A DNA stretch of 60,700 nucleotides from Octopus bimaculoides (Eukaryota). Position 1 is the first letter of the stretch, and each line of letters starts with the position of its first letter. Shown here in pieces: positions 1 to 10,678 of this stretch. A model generated the notes under the pieces. The model did no database searches. It was not told where the DNA came from and worked only from the letters and a program-made list of their open reading frames with translations. The stretch lies in the NCBI RefSeq assembly GCF_001194135.2, contig NC_068983.1:33405938-33466637 (forward strand). The letters are read 5' to 3'. The translations under genes were made by a program, and so were the position numbers.

Positions 1-566
1 TATATATATATATATATATATGTGTATGTATGTATGCATGTATGCATATATATGTGCGTGTGTGCATGTATGTGTGTGTATATACTATCACACAAAATTT
101 AGAAATAACCGTTAAGCTATGAAATCTATACTTCAAAGAACTTAATGCTTTTTACTTGTAGATTATTATCACTGATATATTCAATGTATTCTTATAAACT
201 GTGCTTTGTTTCACCTACCATAAAGCTTTTCCAGAGCAAGTTGAAAGCTATTTATAGATTTGTATTTCGTAAAGAACAATATACATTAGCAGTGACGCGC
301 GCACATACACATATACACACACACGCATATGTATGTATGCATATATACATACATGTGTAGATATATATGCGTGTTTGTTTGCTATATGAACATGAGAGTC
401 ATATGTTTATATTATACTGTCACGCAGGCACACAGAATGAAACGCACCCACGCATACACTCACAACATACACACTCATATAATATGATTTCATACCTATA
501 TGAGTACTCTTAGGAATTTGACGATCATCCACTGCATGTCAGTATGGAAAAGCCGATACAAAAAAC

Positions 567-604
<38 letters not shown>

Positions 605-636
605 ATTATTATATATATATATATATATACATAGCA

Positions 637-931
637 GCACTCCGTCGGTTACAACGACGAGGGTCACAGCTGATACGATCAGTGGAACAGCCTACTCGTG
701 AAATTAATATTCGAGTGTACACTTCTTGTAGCTCTCAGGGAGATTCAACGTGACGCAGAATGCGACAAGGCTGGCCCTTTGAAATACAGGTACTACTAGT
801 TTTTGCCAGCTGAGTGGACTGGAGCAACGTGAAATAAAGTGTCTTACTCAAGGACACAATGCGTCGCTGGGAATTGAACTCATGACTTTATGATCGTGAG
901 TCGAATGCCCTAACCACTAAGCCACGCGCCT
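637..931 (-). mobile_element. tRNA-derived SINE, family B variant (shares its 3' half with family B but has a different head)
   Basis: The minus strand begins ggcgcgtggcttagtggttagggcattcgactc (tRNA A/B-box-like). The 3' half (tacctgtatttcaaagggccagccttg...cgacggagtgc) matches the copies at 7143, 27052 and 31621. Confidence 0.8.
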
Positions 932-1120
932 ATATATATTGCTCTTCATAATTTGCTTATACCTATATTTACTTGCCGAAACTGTAAGGATAATCTGAAA
1001 ACTTGAATGAGGAGAGAAGGTCACGAATGGTCCATCCTTGTTTTGTCCTGTCCGTCTTCGTATCGCCTTTCTATCCGGATGTTTTATTGTCGGCTGTTGC
1101 GTTCTTGTTCCATTTTTTGG

Positions 1121-1204
<84 letters not shown>

Positions 1205-3124
1205 TAGCGTAGTATAATTTANNNNNNNNNNNNNNNNNNNNNNNNNNNNNNNNNNNNNNNNNNNNNNNNNNNNNNNNNNNNNNNNNNNNNNNNNNNNNNN
1301 NNNNNNNNNNNNNNNNNNNNNNNNNNNNNNNNNNNNNNNNNNNNNNNNNNNNNNNNNNNNNNNNNNNNNNNNNNNNNNNNNNNNNNNNNNNNNNNNNNNN
1401 NNNNNNNNNNNNNNNNNNNNNNNNNNNNNNNNNNNNNNNNNNNNNNNNNNNNNNNNNNNNNNNNNNNNNNNNNNNNNNNNNNNNNNNNNNNNNNNNNNNN
1501 NNNNNNNNNNNNNNNNNNNNNNNNNNNNNNNNNNNNNNNNNNNNNNNNNNNNNNNNNNNNNNNNNNNNNNNNNNNNNNNNNNNNNNNNNNNNNNNNNNNN
1601 NNNNNNNNNNNNNNNNNNNNNNNNNNNNNNNNNNNNNNNNNNNNNNNNNNNNNNNNNNNNNNNNNNNNNNNNNNNNNNNNNNNNNNNNNNNNNNNNNNNN
1701 NNNNNNNNNNNNNNNNNNNNNNNNNNNNNNNNNNNNNNNNNNNNNNNNNNNNNNNCACTCACACGCTCGCGTACACTTACCTTCGAGTATAAGCAGTCTC
1801 ACATACACATGTAATAGTTATAACAATATACTTTGTGGTGCTGTTACATAGTTGTTCTGGTACACATATTGCAATATGTTGAACACATGATATCGAACGA
1901 TATAAAGGCAATATGAAAAAGAGCTGTGTACTTTGCTTGTGGCTGCACAGATCAATGACAAGCCAGTAGACTGAAATGGCAATTGATTGGTTTACTGATC
2001 CTCATATCTTCTATTTGTGTTATAAACACAAATTTGAGTTTGTGCACATGCACACATGCACACATTCAACATATACATCCTTTCCCCCTGACGCTTAGAA
2101 ACTTTAAAAGATCTTAGAGAATTTTGATCAGGTAAATAGGTAAACATTAAAAAAATAATCAACGTTTCGAACCTAGAACCGTATGTCGTGTTTCATTCGA
2201 TTTGTTTCTGTCGGTATTTCCGTTAAATTACTTAAGTAATATATTTCCACGTCTAAATATATCAACAATGTATTAAGTATGAGAAAACAAGTTGGTGATG
2301 TATTGTGATAGAAGAGAGGCGTCTTCTACTGAGCTACGTATGTTACTAATTGGCAATTATAAAAGGAAGCAAAACGTCACCCTTTGAAAATGAGGCACAA
2401 TCTTCAGAGAACAGGACAAAGAACTTTCTGTCTTTATATTCATAATTTTTCTTCTAATCGTTATAAATACATTAGCTTTCGGCATTATGGGTTGAAGAGT
2501 TACAGCTGCAGCTGTTACTTCAATTTCCTTCATTCATTTTCATATTAATATTGGAATAGAGAGAATAGAATTGAAGATTTTAAATTAGAACTTGTGTCAT
2601 ATACTTCTATCACAGGATGAGTCTGCAAGGAACACTTTGACGTCGTAGAGATATTATTAACAATCAAATCTGTTGGTAGTTCTGTGTACCTGAGTGACTA
2701 ACATCGTCCCTCGCAAAGAAGATGAACGTAGAACTACATGCTAACAAAACTACTCAACTTTTACATCACCGCTCACTGAAATGAAATCAACCGAGGAGGA
2801 GTTAGCTGCTGACAGTTAAATGTATCAACATCGATATCACAATACAAAGCGTTCTAAGTCAGGTTTGTCATTCGATATTCTCTTGACTCGGACATGTCTG
2901 GCTTACTTTAGATATTGCAATACTTGTTAAAAACAGATTTTATAGAAATAGATGAATGAAATAGGGGTCTCATTTTGAACAGGTATAAAGGTACTCTATG
3001 CTAAGCGATGTAGAGGGATACCGCATAGTTTATTCCATTACTTTGGCTATTTTAGATGTAAATTACAACAGCTAAGAACTTAATGTGTTACGATATTGAC
3101 TTACCAGACTAGTATAATACAGTG

Positions 3125-3310
3125 TAGTTGCTGTTTGGCACAAGAGTAGCTCTGACTGATCAAAAGTGTTCTAGCACAACCGACTTATCTTTTATTCACT
3201 CATAATCTTTCTAGAACCATATTAGAAGATATATTCTTTTAAGGTGATGGCGTGTGAAGGAGATTTGGTTGCTATTTCTAGCAGTTTGAGTAACTCTGTA
3301 AATTCTCTCC
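3125..3310 (-). mobile_element. Short interspersed repeat, family D (degenerate)
   Basis: The motif ggagatttggttgctatttctagcag and its flanks recur at 20530, 36619 and 56085-56390. Confidence 0.55.
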
Positions 3311-3639
3311 CATAGTAGTATCACTAGAACTGTATTATGTCTGTGTCTAAGTTACGTCCTGTTTATCTAGTTGCAAAACAGCAGCATCTGTACAATAGCA
3401 GTCAAAATATGATATTAGTTTATAATATGGATACAATATTACACAAGAGAGGAGCCGACCAAATTTCCCTCCATATTTATCTGTTTCATTATTATATCGT
3501 TTTTGAAAGGCCATAAGACGAAGAAGATCTCAGTGATATTTGAACTCAGAACGCTGATAACCAAAGCTGTGTGATGCTCTGACATTTCTGTCTCTTAACT
3601 TTTCTATTCCTTAACTGCTTTAAAATCGTTGTAATATTG

Positions 3640-4262
3640 ATTTCAAATTTTGGCACAAGGCCAACAATTTTGTGGGAGGGAATAAGTCGATTACATTCGA
3701 CGCCAAAGTTCAACTGTTACTTATTTCATCGATCCCGAAAGGATGAAAGGTAAAGTCGACCACGACGGAATTTAAAGTCAGAGCGTAAATGGCTGTGTGG
3801 TAAGAAGCTTGCTTCCCAACCACATAGTTCCGGGTTCAGTCCCACTGTGTGGCACCTTGGGCAAGTGTCTTCTACTATAACCTCGGGCCGACCAAAGCCT
3901 TGTGAGTGGATTTGGTAGACGGAAACTAAAAGAAGCCCGTCGTGTATATATATATATATATGTGTGTGAGTGTGTGTGTGTGTGTGTGTGTGTATGTATT
4001 TGTGTGTGTTTGTTTGTTCCCCCCGCTGTCACTTGACAACCGATGTTGGTTTGTTTACGTCCCCGTAACTTAGCGGTTTGGCAAAAAAGACCGATAGAAT
4101 AAGTACTTGACTTACAAAGAATAAGTCCTGGGATCGATTTTTCCGACTAAAGACGGTCCTCCAGCATGGCTGCAGTCAAATGACAAACAAATAAAAGAAT
4201 AAAGGAATGGACAAATGCTGCTAAGCATTTTCCAGACGTACTAAAGATTCTGCCAGCTCGCC
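3640..4262 (-). mobile_element. tRNA-like SINE family C, split by a family A insertion (C pieces about 3640-3788 and 4206-4262)
   Basis: The two halves join into the same sequence seen uninterrupted at 18146-18268 and 23408-23600. Confidence 0.75.
3790..4205 (+). mobile_element. SINE family A (tRNA-like head, CORE-like ggcaccttgggcaagtg, internal (TA)/(TG) tract)
   Basis: ggctgtgtggtaag...gttccgggttcagtcccac head and ...gcagtcaaatgac...aaataaaag tail; about 11 copies or fragments in the window. Confidence 0.88.
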
Positions 4263-4759
4263 ACTTTAATTCGTTGTAATATAAACTATCAACGTTTAGA
4301 TTTTAAATTCTCCCATCAGTATAGTTTGTAAAGGGATGCCATTTTCTCAAAATGATTCGGGATAGATAAAGTACTCGATGATCACTTCACTAGATTCTAC
4401 TCTGGACACTGGTCAAAACATTGATTGTTAGACTAAAATTTTCTGATATACAGGTATATTCAAATATATATCATATACATAATGTGATCTAATTTCCTAT
4501 GTGCATATATTTATGTACTCTAAATTTGGACGCTATCTTTACTGCTTATTAAATATAGAGTGCTTATGTTCCGACATTGAGTGAATGTTAAATTAATAAT
4601 CAGTAATCCTCTGAGTCGTTAAAGGAGTTATTGATACCGAAGTGTTAGTCTCTCAGGGATGACTCAAGGAAAAACACACTTGATTGATATTTCTCTTTGA
4701 CTTTACCAAACTCATAAAAGGATTTCTTGTAGAACACTTTCACACATCTTGCAGTGGTA

Positions 4760-4900
4760 AAGGGACATGGTCTAATTGTTAGGGTGTTGAGATCACGAAT
4801 ATAAGGTCATGGATTCGATTACTGGTTCAGGTGGTGCATTGTGTTCTTGGACAAAGTACTTCTTTTCATGATGCTCCAGTCAATTTAGCTGAAAAGATGT
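4760..4900 (+). mobile_element. 5' part of the SINE family B variant
   Basis: gggacatggtctaattgttagggtg...ggattcgat...gcattgtgttcttggacaaagtac resembles the reverse complement of 790-931. Confidence 0.55.
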
Positions 4901-4921
4901 ATTAGCGTATTGCTGGTGCGG

Positions 4922-4981
<60 letters not shown>

Positions 4982-5432
4982 CATTGTCATATTCTCAATG
5001 TTTTGCTAGGTCAAATGTGAGAAGGAACCGAGTGAATGTCTATGTCTCCTTGTGAGTACACGGACACCTAAAACAATCAGTGAGAGCATAGTACATGCTA
5101 TCAAGTCATACTGGTTTGTAATTGTCAGCTATGATTTTTGGCATAGCTTGATATATTAGTCTATCAAGAAATAATAGCATTATCAAGAGCACAATGCAAT
5201 TATAGTAGAGTTGTAGTACATTACTAGAAAGCTTAGACTGGGTTGAAAGCTCGATTACCTTTGGCGACCTAACAACTCATTAAGAGTTCCAGGAAGTTTT
5301 CTTCTCAAGAACACAATACAACGTCGATAACGGGTTACAAAATATAAAGAAAAGTAGCTGTGATTCTTGTTTGTGATGTGGTGACAGCAACAGTGGTGAA
5401 GTTGGCAGTAAGTAATAATTTAGTAATACACA

Positions 5433-5464
<32 letters not shown>

Positions 5465-6040
5465 CACACGTGCTTACATATATGTATATGTATGAACAGT
5501 CACACACATACAAAGCTATACGTACATTAATTAAGCGAGGTGAATAAAAGAATAACAGTTCATGTATATGAAAGCTAATTATAAATATTTCTCAGAGAGA
5601 ATGATTGAATGATAGCAATAACAAAGAGAGGAGAATTTCTGTTGAAAGGAAGTTGAGAAAAGACGAAACGTGTCTTAGAAGTCAAACTAAGAAACAACAA
5701 AGCAAATTTAACAATAACTAAACAACTATTTGTCACATTTATGACAAAATGAAAATTAGATTCATTGTCGGGCAACATTGAATTTTTAGTTATTACTGTA
5801 TGAACTCAAATCAATATGGGCGATGGAATCGATATTATGGGTCTGATAGTTATTCAAGCTCTGCATGATGTATGTACCCCTTTAACTGGTATTAGAAAAC
5901 AGTTTCAGTTCTTACTTTAGCTCATACATTGATTTCAAAAACATTCTCTTTGCCCCTGACGTGTAACCAATAGCCTTAGTGTTTGAAGGATACCACTAAA
6001 AAATAGTGATATAATATGAATCATTTGCCTTAATTATGTT

Positions 6041-6082
<42 letters not shown>

Positions 6083-6572
6083 CGTGTGCGTGTGTGTGAA
6101 GGTAAATTATATTCCCTAAACTTATTTCAAAACCTATTTGGGTTGACGGAACATATATCTGCTATATTGCACATTAATCAATCAGTGTTGACGATTATGT
6201 CCAGGTATCTATCACATCATATAGAGTGTTTCTACGCAGTAATATAGTGAAGAACTGACTAAGAGTAGGGCTATGAAAGTAGGCTAATAGGCAGAGTCAT
6301 GAACCGTAAAGCCAAATGTACTACAATAACTAAGACTTACAAATTGTTACCCCATTCCACCGGAAGTGTCATCATTCTCAACAAGAAAGTACCATTCTTA
6401 GATGGAGTTTATGCAGAATTAACAGAGTGAGAGACAAATTGACCAGATACGAAACCATTCTATATTGTATGCAATTCATCTCGTTAAAGGAATTGAACTA
6501 AGTACTACAAGATATTATCCGACTGTCTTCTAGCTTTGTGTATTTTTTCATCTCGCACTTCTTCAAGGAAAC

Positions 6573-6750
6573 GAGCTGACAGAGTAATTAGCATGCTGGG
6601 TAAAATGCTTAGTGGCATTTCGTCCGTCCTTACGTTCCAAGTTCAAAATTCGCCGAGGTTGACTTTGCCTTTCATCCTTTTGGAGTCGATAAAATAAGTA
6701 CCAGTCGAACACTAGGGTCGATGTAATCAACTACCTCCCTCCCCCAGAAT
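6573..6750 (+). mobile_element. SINE family C
   Basis: gagctgacag...aaatgcttagtggcatttcgtc...gttcaaa...gccgaggttgactttgcctttcatcctt...gataaaataagtaccag. Confidence 0.8.
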
Positions 6751-7142
6751 TAATTACTATCTTCTTAGAGTTGAATGAATTTGGCTTTGAAATAGGAACT
6801 GAAAGCTTGAATTGCTGAGAGGACATAGAGTGCTGATCACTCTCATGATTTTTCGAAATGCTATCGTGTAAGTGTGAGAAATTATTGCTCATGACAGACT
6901 GATATACTTACAAGATTTTCTTAGTATATAATTCAAAGACATGAAACAAGAGCAAAGTACTGGCATTAGAACCAATAAAGTAACTTTCTCTTTGTTCACA
7001 ATACTACAGTCATGTGAGTTTTAGAATGCTGAATTTTATGAATCATAATTTTAAATGAGAATTGATTTTCATGAATGGCAACAGCATTCGAATTGCTGAT
7101 TCTAAATGATCAAGCCTTCTGCGCTCTCCTTACGACTAAGTT

Positions 7143-7513
7143 GTTGTTGTTGGCACTCCGTCGTTTACGACATCGAGGGTTCCAGTTGATCCGATCAACG
7201 GAACAGCCTGCTAGTGAAATTAACGTGCAAGTGGCTGAGCACTCCACAGACACGTGTACCCTTAACGTAGTTCTCGGGGATATTCAGCGTGACACAGTGT
7301 GACAAGGCTGACCCTTTGAATTAGAGGCACAACAGAAACAGAAAGTTGTGGTGGAAGAGTACAGTAGGGTTCGCCACCATCCCCTGCCGGAGCCTCGTGG
7401 AGCTTTAGGTGTTTTCGCTCAATAAACACTCACGACGCCCGGTCTGGGAATCGAAACCGCGATCCTATGACCGAGAGTCCACTGCCCTAACCACTGGGCC
7501 ATAGCGCCTCCAC
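7143..7513 (-). mobile_element. Full-length SINE family B with a 15-bp target-site duplication
   Basis: tRNA-like head gtggaggcgctatggcccagtggttagggcag and (AAC)n tail. The TSD ccttacgactaagtt is at 7128-7142 and 7514-7528. Confidence 0.92.
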
Positions 7514-7999
7514 CCTTACGACTAAGTTATCGGTAATAACGTATAAACTGAAACTTTCGCTTCTATTTTCCCACTCGATATGAATACAAATAGGCTTCCG
7601 ATACAATCAAGAAATATTGTTACTGTTGTCGATGTCACTACTGTTCCTGTTTAGTTCCAGTCACACCTGATCAACCAAACAAATGATCATCATGATCTAA
7701 ATTCTAATTATAAGGTACTGTAACATTTAATGGACTGAGGACTATAACGAAGGGCCAATAAGACCTCTGACTGTATGTAGACTGTTACAGTCAAATCTAC
7801 CCTGAATATTGACTACAACTAAAAATAAAAAGCAAGTAAAATTAGAATGAATCACTCGATATAATATTGAGGACGATGACGCGATTTGTTGGAAACTTAG
7901 ACTGTATTGTAAAATTGTAAACCAAGCATAAAGTTATTTCAAGGGCCTGTGATTAAGCCAGAGAATTCTCAGCTTTTAGCGAGAAACAGAAAGGAGGAT

Positions 8000-8068
<69 letters not shown>

Positions 8069-8114
8069 NNNNNNNNNNNNNNNNNNNNNNNNNNNNNNNN
8101 NNNNNNNNNNNNNN

Positions 8115-8174
<60 letters not shown>

Positions 8175-8732
8175 GACTCAACTAATAGATTATATAGTTT
8201 ATTTCTCCAGAGAAAGAGTTAGTAAACGGATCCTGACTATGGCTTTAACGAAAGTTGAGACCAATTCATTTGTAGATTCGATATTGTTTCCCGGCTACTG
8301 TTAATCTCTCTGGCTTAAGTACCGTGTCTAATTTCTCTAGTAAAGCAAAGCATATGTATGTTAACTGTATGAGCGTAATTTTACATTATTGAAATATATA
8401 ATATATCATGTTCCAGTGCTCCAGTTAACTATATTCTGAGGCACCTGCACTGCATTCTCCGAAGTGTCGCTGAAACATGTAACCTGAAAATATCTCTGAA
8501 TACCTCCTGTATAAAGTCACTTACAAATGACCAAGTGATGTTTCAATGTCTTTTATAGACTTAAAAGAAATCAATAATAATGTGATTGAATACATTGGAG
8601 TAACTATTTCGTAAAGGATTGTTTAATCAGATCGATTCTACGATTGTAGTTTTGGCTGGCTTCCTCGGTTCAATATGTCACATTTCGAAGAGCATGAAAA
8701 AGATAATGCAAGCGAGAGACGTTAACTGTATG

Positions 8733-8771
<39 letters not shown>

Positions 8772-9213
8772 NNNNNNNNNNNNNNNNNNNNNNNNNNNNN
8801 NNNNNNNNNNNNNNNNNNNNNNNNNNNNNNNNNNNNNNNNNNNNNNNNNNNNNNNNNNNNNNNNNNNNNNNNNNNNNNNNNNNNNNNNNNNNNNNNNNNN
8901 NNNNNNNNNNNNNNNNNNNNNNNNNNNNNNNNNNNNNNNNNNNNNNNNNNNNNNNNNNNNNNNNNNNNNNNNNNNNNNNNNNNNNNNNNNNNNNNNNNNN
9001 NNNNNNNNNNNNNNNNNNNNNNNNNNNNNNNNNNNNNNNNNNNNNNNNNNNNNNNNNNNNNNNNNNNNNNNNNNNNNNNNNNNNNNNNNNNNNNNNNNNN
9101 NNNNNNNNNNNNNNNNNNNNNNNNNNNNNNNNNNNNNNNNNNNNNNNNNNNNNNNNNNNATATAAATATATATACATGAACATACATTTTTAAAATGTAA
9201 ACATACATACATA

Positions 9214-9587
9214 GGTGCAGGAGTGACTGTGTGGTAAGTAACTTGCTTACCAACCACATGGTTCCGGGTTCAGTCTCACTGTGTGGCACCTTGAGCAAGT
9301 GTCTTCTACTATAGCCTTATGAGTGGATTTGGTAGACGGAAACTGAAAGAAGCCCGTCGTATTTATGTATATATATGTATGTTTGTGTGTGTATTTGTCC
9401 CCCCAACATCGCTTGACAATCGACGCTGGTGTGTTTTACGTCCCAATAATTTAGCGGTTCGGCCAAAGAGCCCGATAGAATACTAGGCTAACAAAGAATA
9501 AGTTCTGGGGTCGATTTGTTCGACTAAAGGTGGTGCTCCAGTTTGGCCGCAGCCAAATGACTAAAACAAATAAAAGAATAAAAGAAG
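9214..9587 (+). mobile_element. SINE family A, near full length
   Basis: Same head, body and tail as the 3790 copy; lies about 170 bp from the exon e donor. Confidence 0.88.
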
Positions 9588-9756
9588 ATATATATATATA
9601 TGTATGTGTGTGTATGTGTGTGTGTGTGTGTGTGTGTGCGTGTGCGTGTATGTTTGGGTGTGTATGTGTGTCTGTGTATTTGTAAGATTGTGCGAATGTA
9701 TATATGTACATGCGTGAATACATTCGATGGAAATTTCGTCAATATAATTCACTTAC

Positions 9757-10678
9757 CTTAAAATCTTGGTTAGCTCCAAAGTAGATAGGTATGAATGCCA
9801 ACCACACTATACATGTGCTGTACATGGTAAAAGCTATGTATTTAGCTTCGTTGAAGTTCTGTGGGATCTTTCGTGTTTTGAAAGCATATACCGTACATAA
9901 GATAATGAGGAACATATTGTAGAAAAGGGAGATAACTATTGCTATCTGACTTGTCTTGCACTTTAAAATTAAGGCGTCTTTTCCTTGGAGGACGTACATA
10001 ATATCTGGTCTTTCGAAGCCAATCCATGTAAAAGCTCCAACTACTTGAACAGAGACCAAGGAGAAACAAATAATTACTTGTGACCTTGGACTTGTATAGC
10101 TTGGCCTTTTCACAACTGCTCGAATACCACGATTGAAAATTCGGTAAATTCGGTTGGTTTTGGTTAACATTGAGGCATAAACGAGGCTTAGAGAGGATCC
10201 AAGACCTAAACGCATAATAGTGCAAATTGCTATCGATGGCCTGGCAAGCATCACGAATGATGTGCCGTATGAAAGGAAAATACCCAGAAAAAGTATATAA
10301 CACAGCTCTCGGCCTGATGCCATGATTACTGGCGTTTTGCTATATAATATGAATGTAACTAAAACGAAAATTGTTGAAACTATTCCTAAAGCAGAGAATG
10401 TAATGGGCAGAATTGCCCATAATGTTGTCCATTGAAGATGGAGGACTGGTAGACGTACGCATGAAGTTTTGTTCGCATCAGGGCGAAAGCCTAATGGACA
10501 GTCTTTGCAGGTGCTGACGTTCTCTAGAATTTGGTAGTCATTGCAGCGAACACACACCCAGCAGCAGGCATCACTGCCACTTTTAGCATAGCCAAGACCG
10601 CACGGCTCTGAACATATCGATGTCGGAGTAACATTTGATCCATTTCGCCATGAAATCTTGTCTTCAAATAAACGGAGA
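9757..10678 (-). CDS. GRM: mGluR-like gene, coding exon e: cysteine-rich domain (9 Cys) plus TM1-TM6
   Basis: Acceptor tttttctctag|T (phase 2, completing AG|T Ser from exon d) and donor AAG|gtaagt (phase 0); 922 nt. Contains SICSEPC...CCWVCVRC...C..C...C, TPVIMASGRELCY, LTKTNRIYRIF and KTRKIPQNFNEAKYIAFTMYSTCIVWLAFIPIYFG. Confidence 0.97.

Noticed and set aside
1780-1920. Open minus-strand frame ending at a perfect AG|gtaagt donor
   Set aside because: The peptide (…SISCVQHIAICVPEQLCNSTTKY…) is not mGluR-like and I could not define an acceptor.
3790-3850. SINE heads as functional tRNA genes
   Set aside because: They run directly into SINE bodies, are diverged from one another, and lack complete cloverleafs.
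8406-8483. Phase-0 acceptor (atattttcag|GTT) giving VTCFSDTSENAVQVPQNIVNWSTGT* as an alternative last exon
   Set aside because: It has no similarity to TM7 and no supporting evidence; such short frames arise by chance.
9739-10557. ORF 9739-10557 as a complete 272-aa single-exon receptor
   Set aside because: It is an internal exon. The true start is the acceptor at 10678, the apparent start codon is GTG (Val), and the tail VSELY* is read-through past the gtaagt donor.
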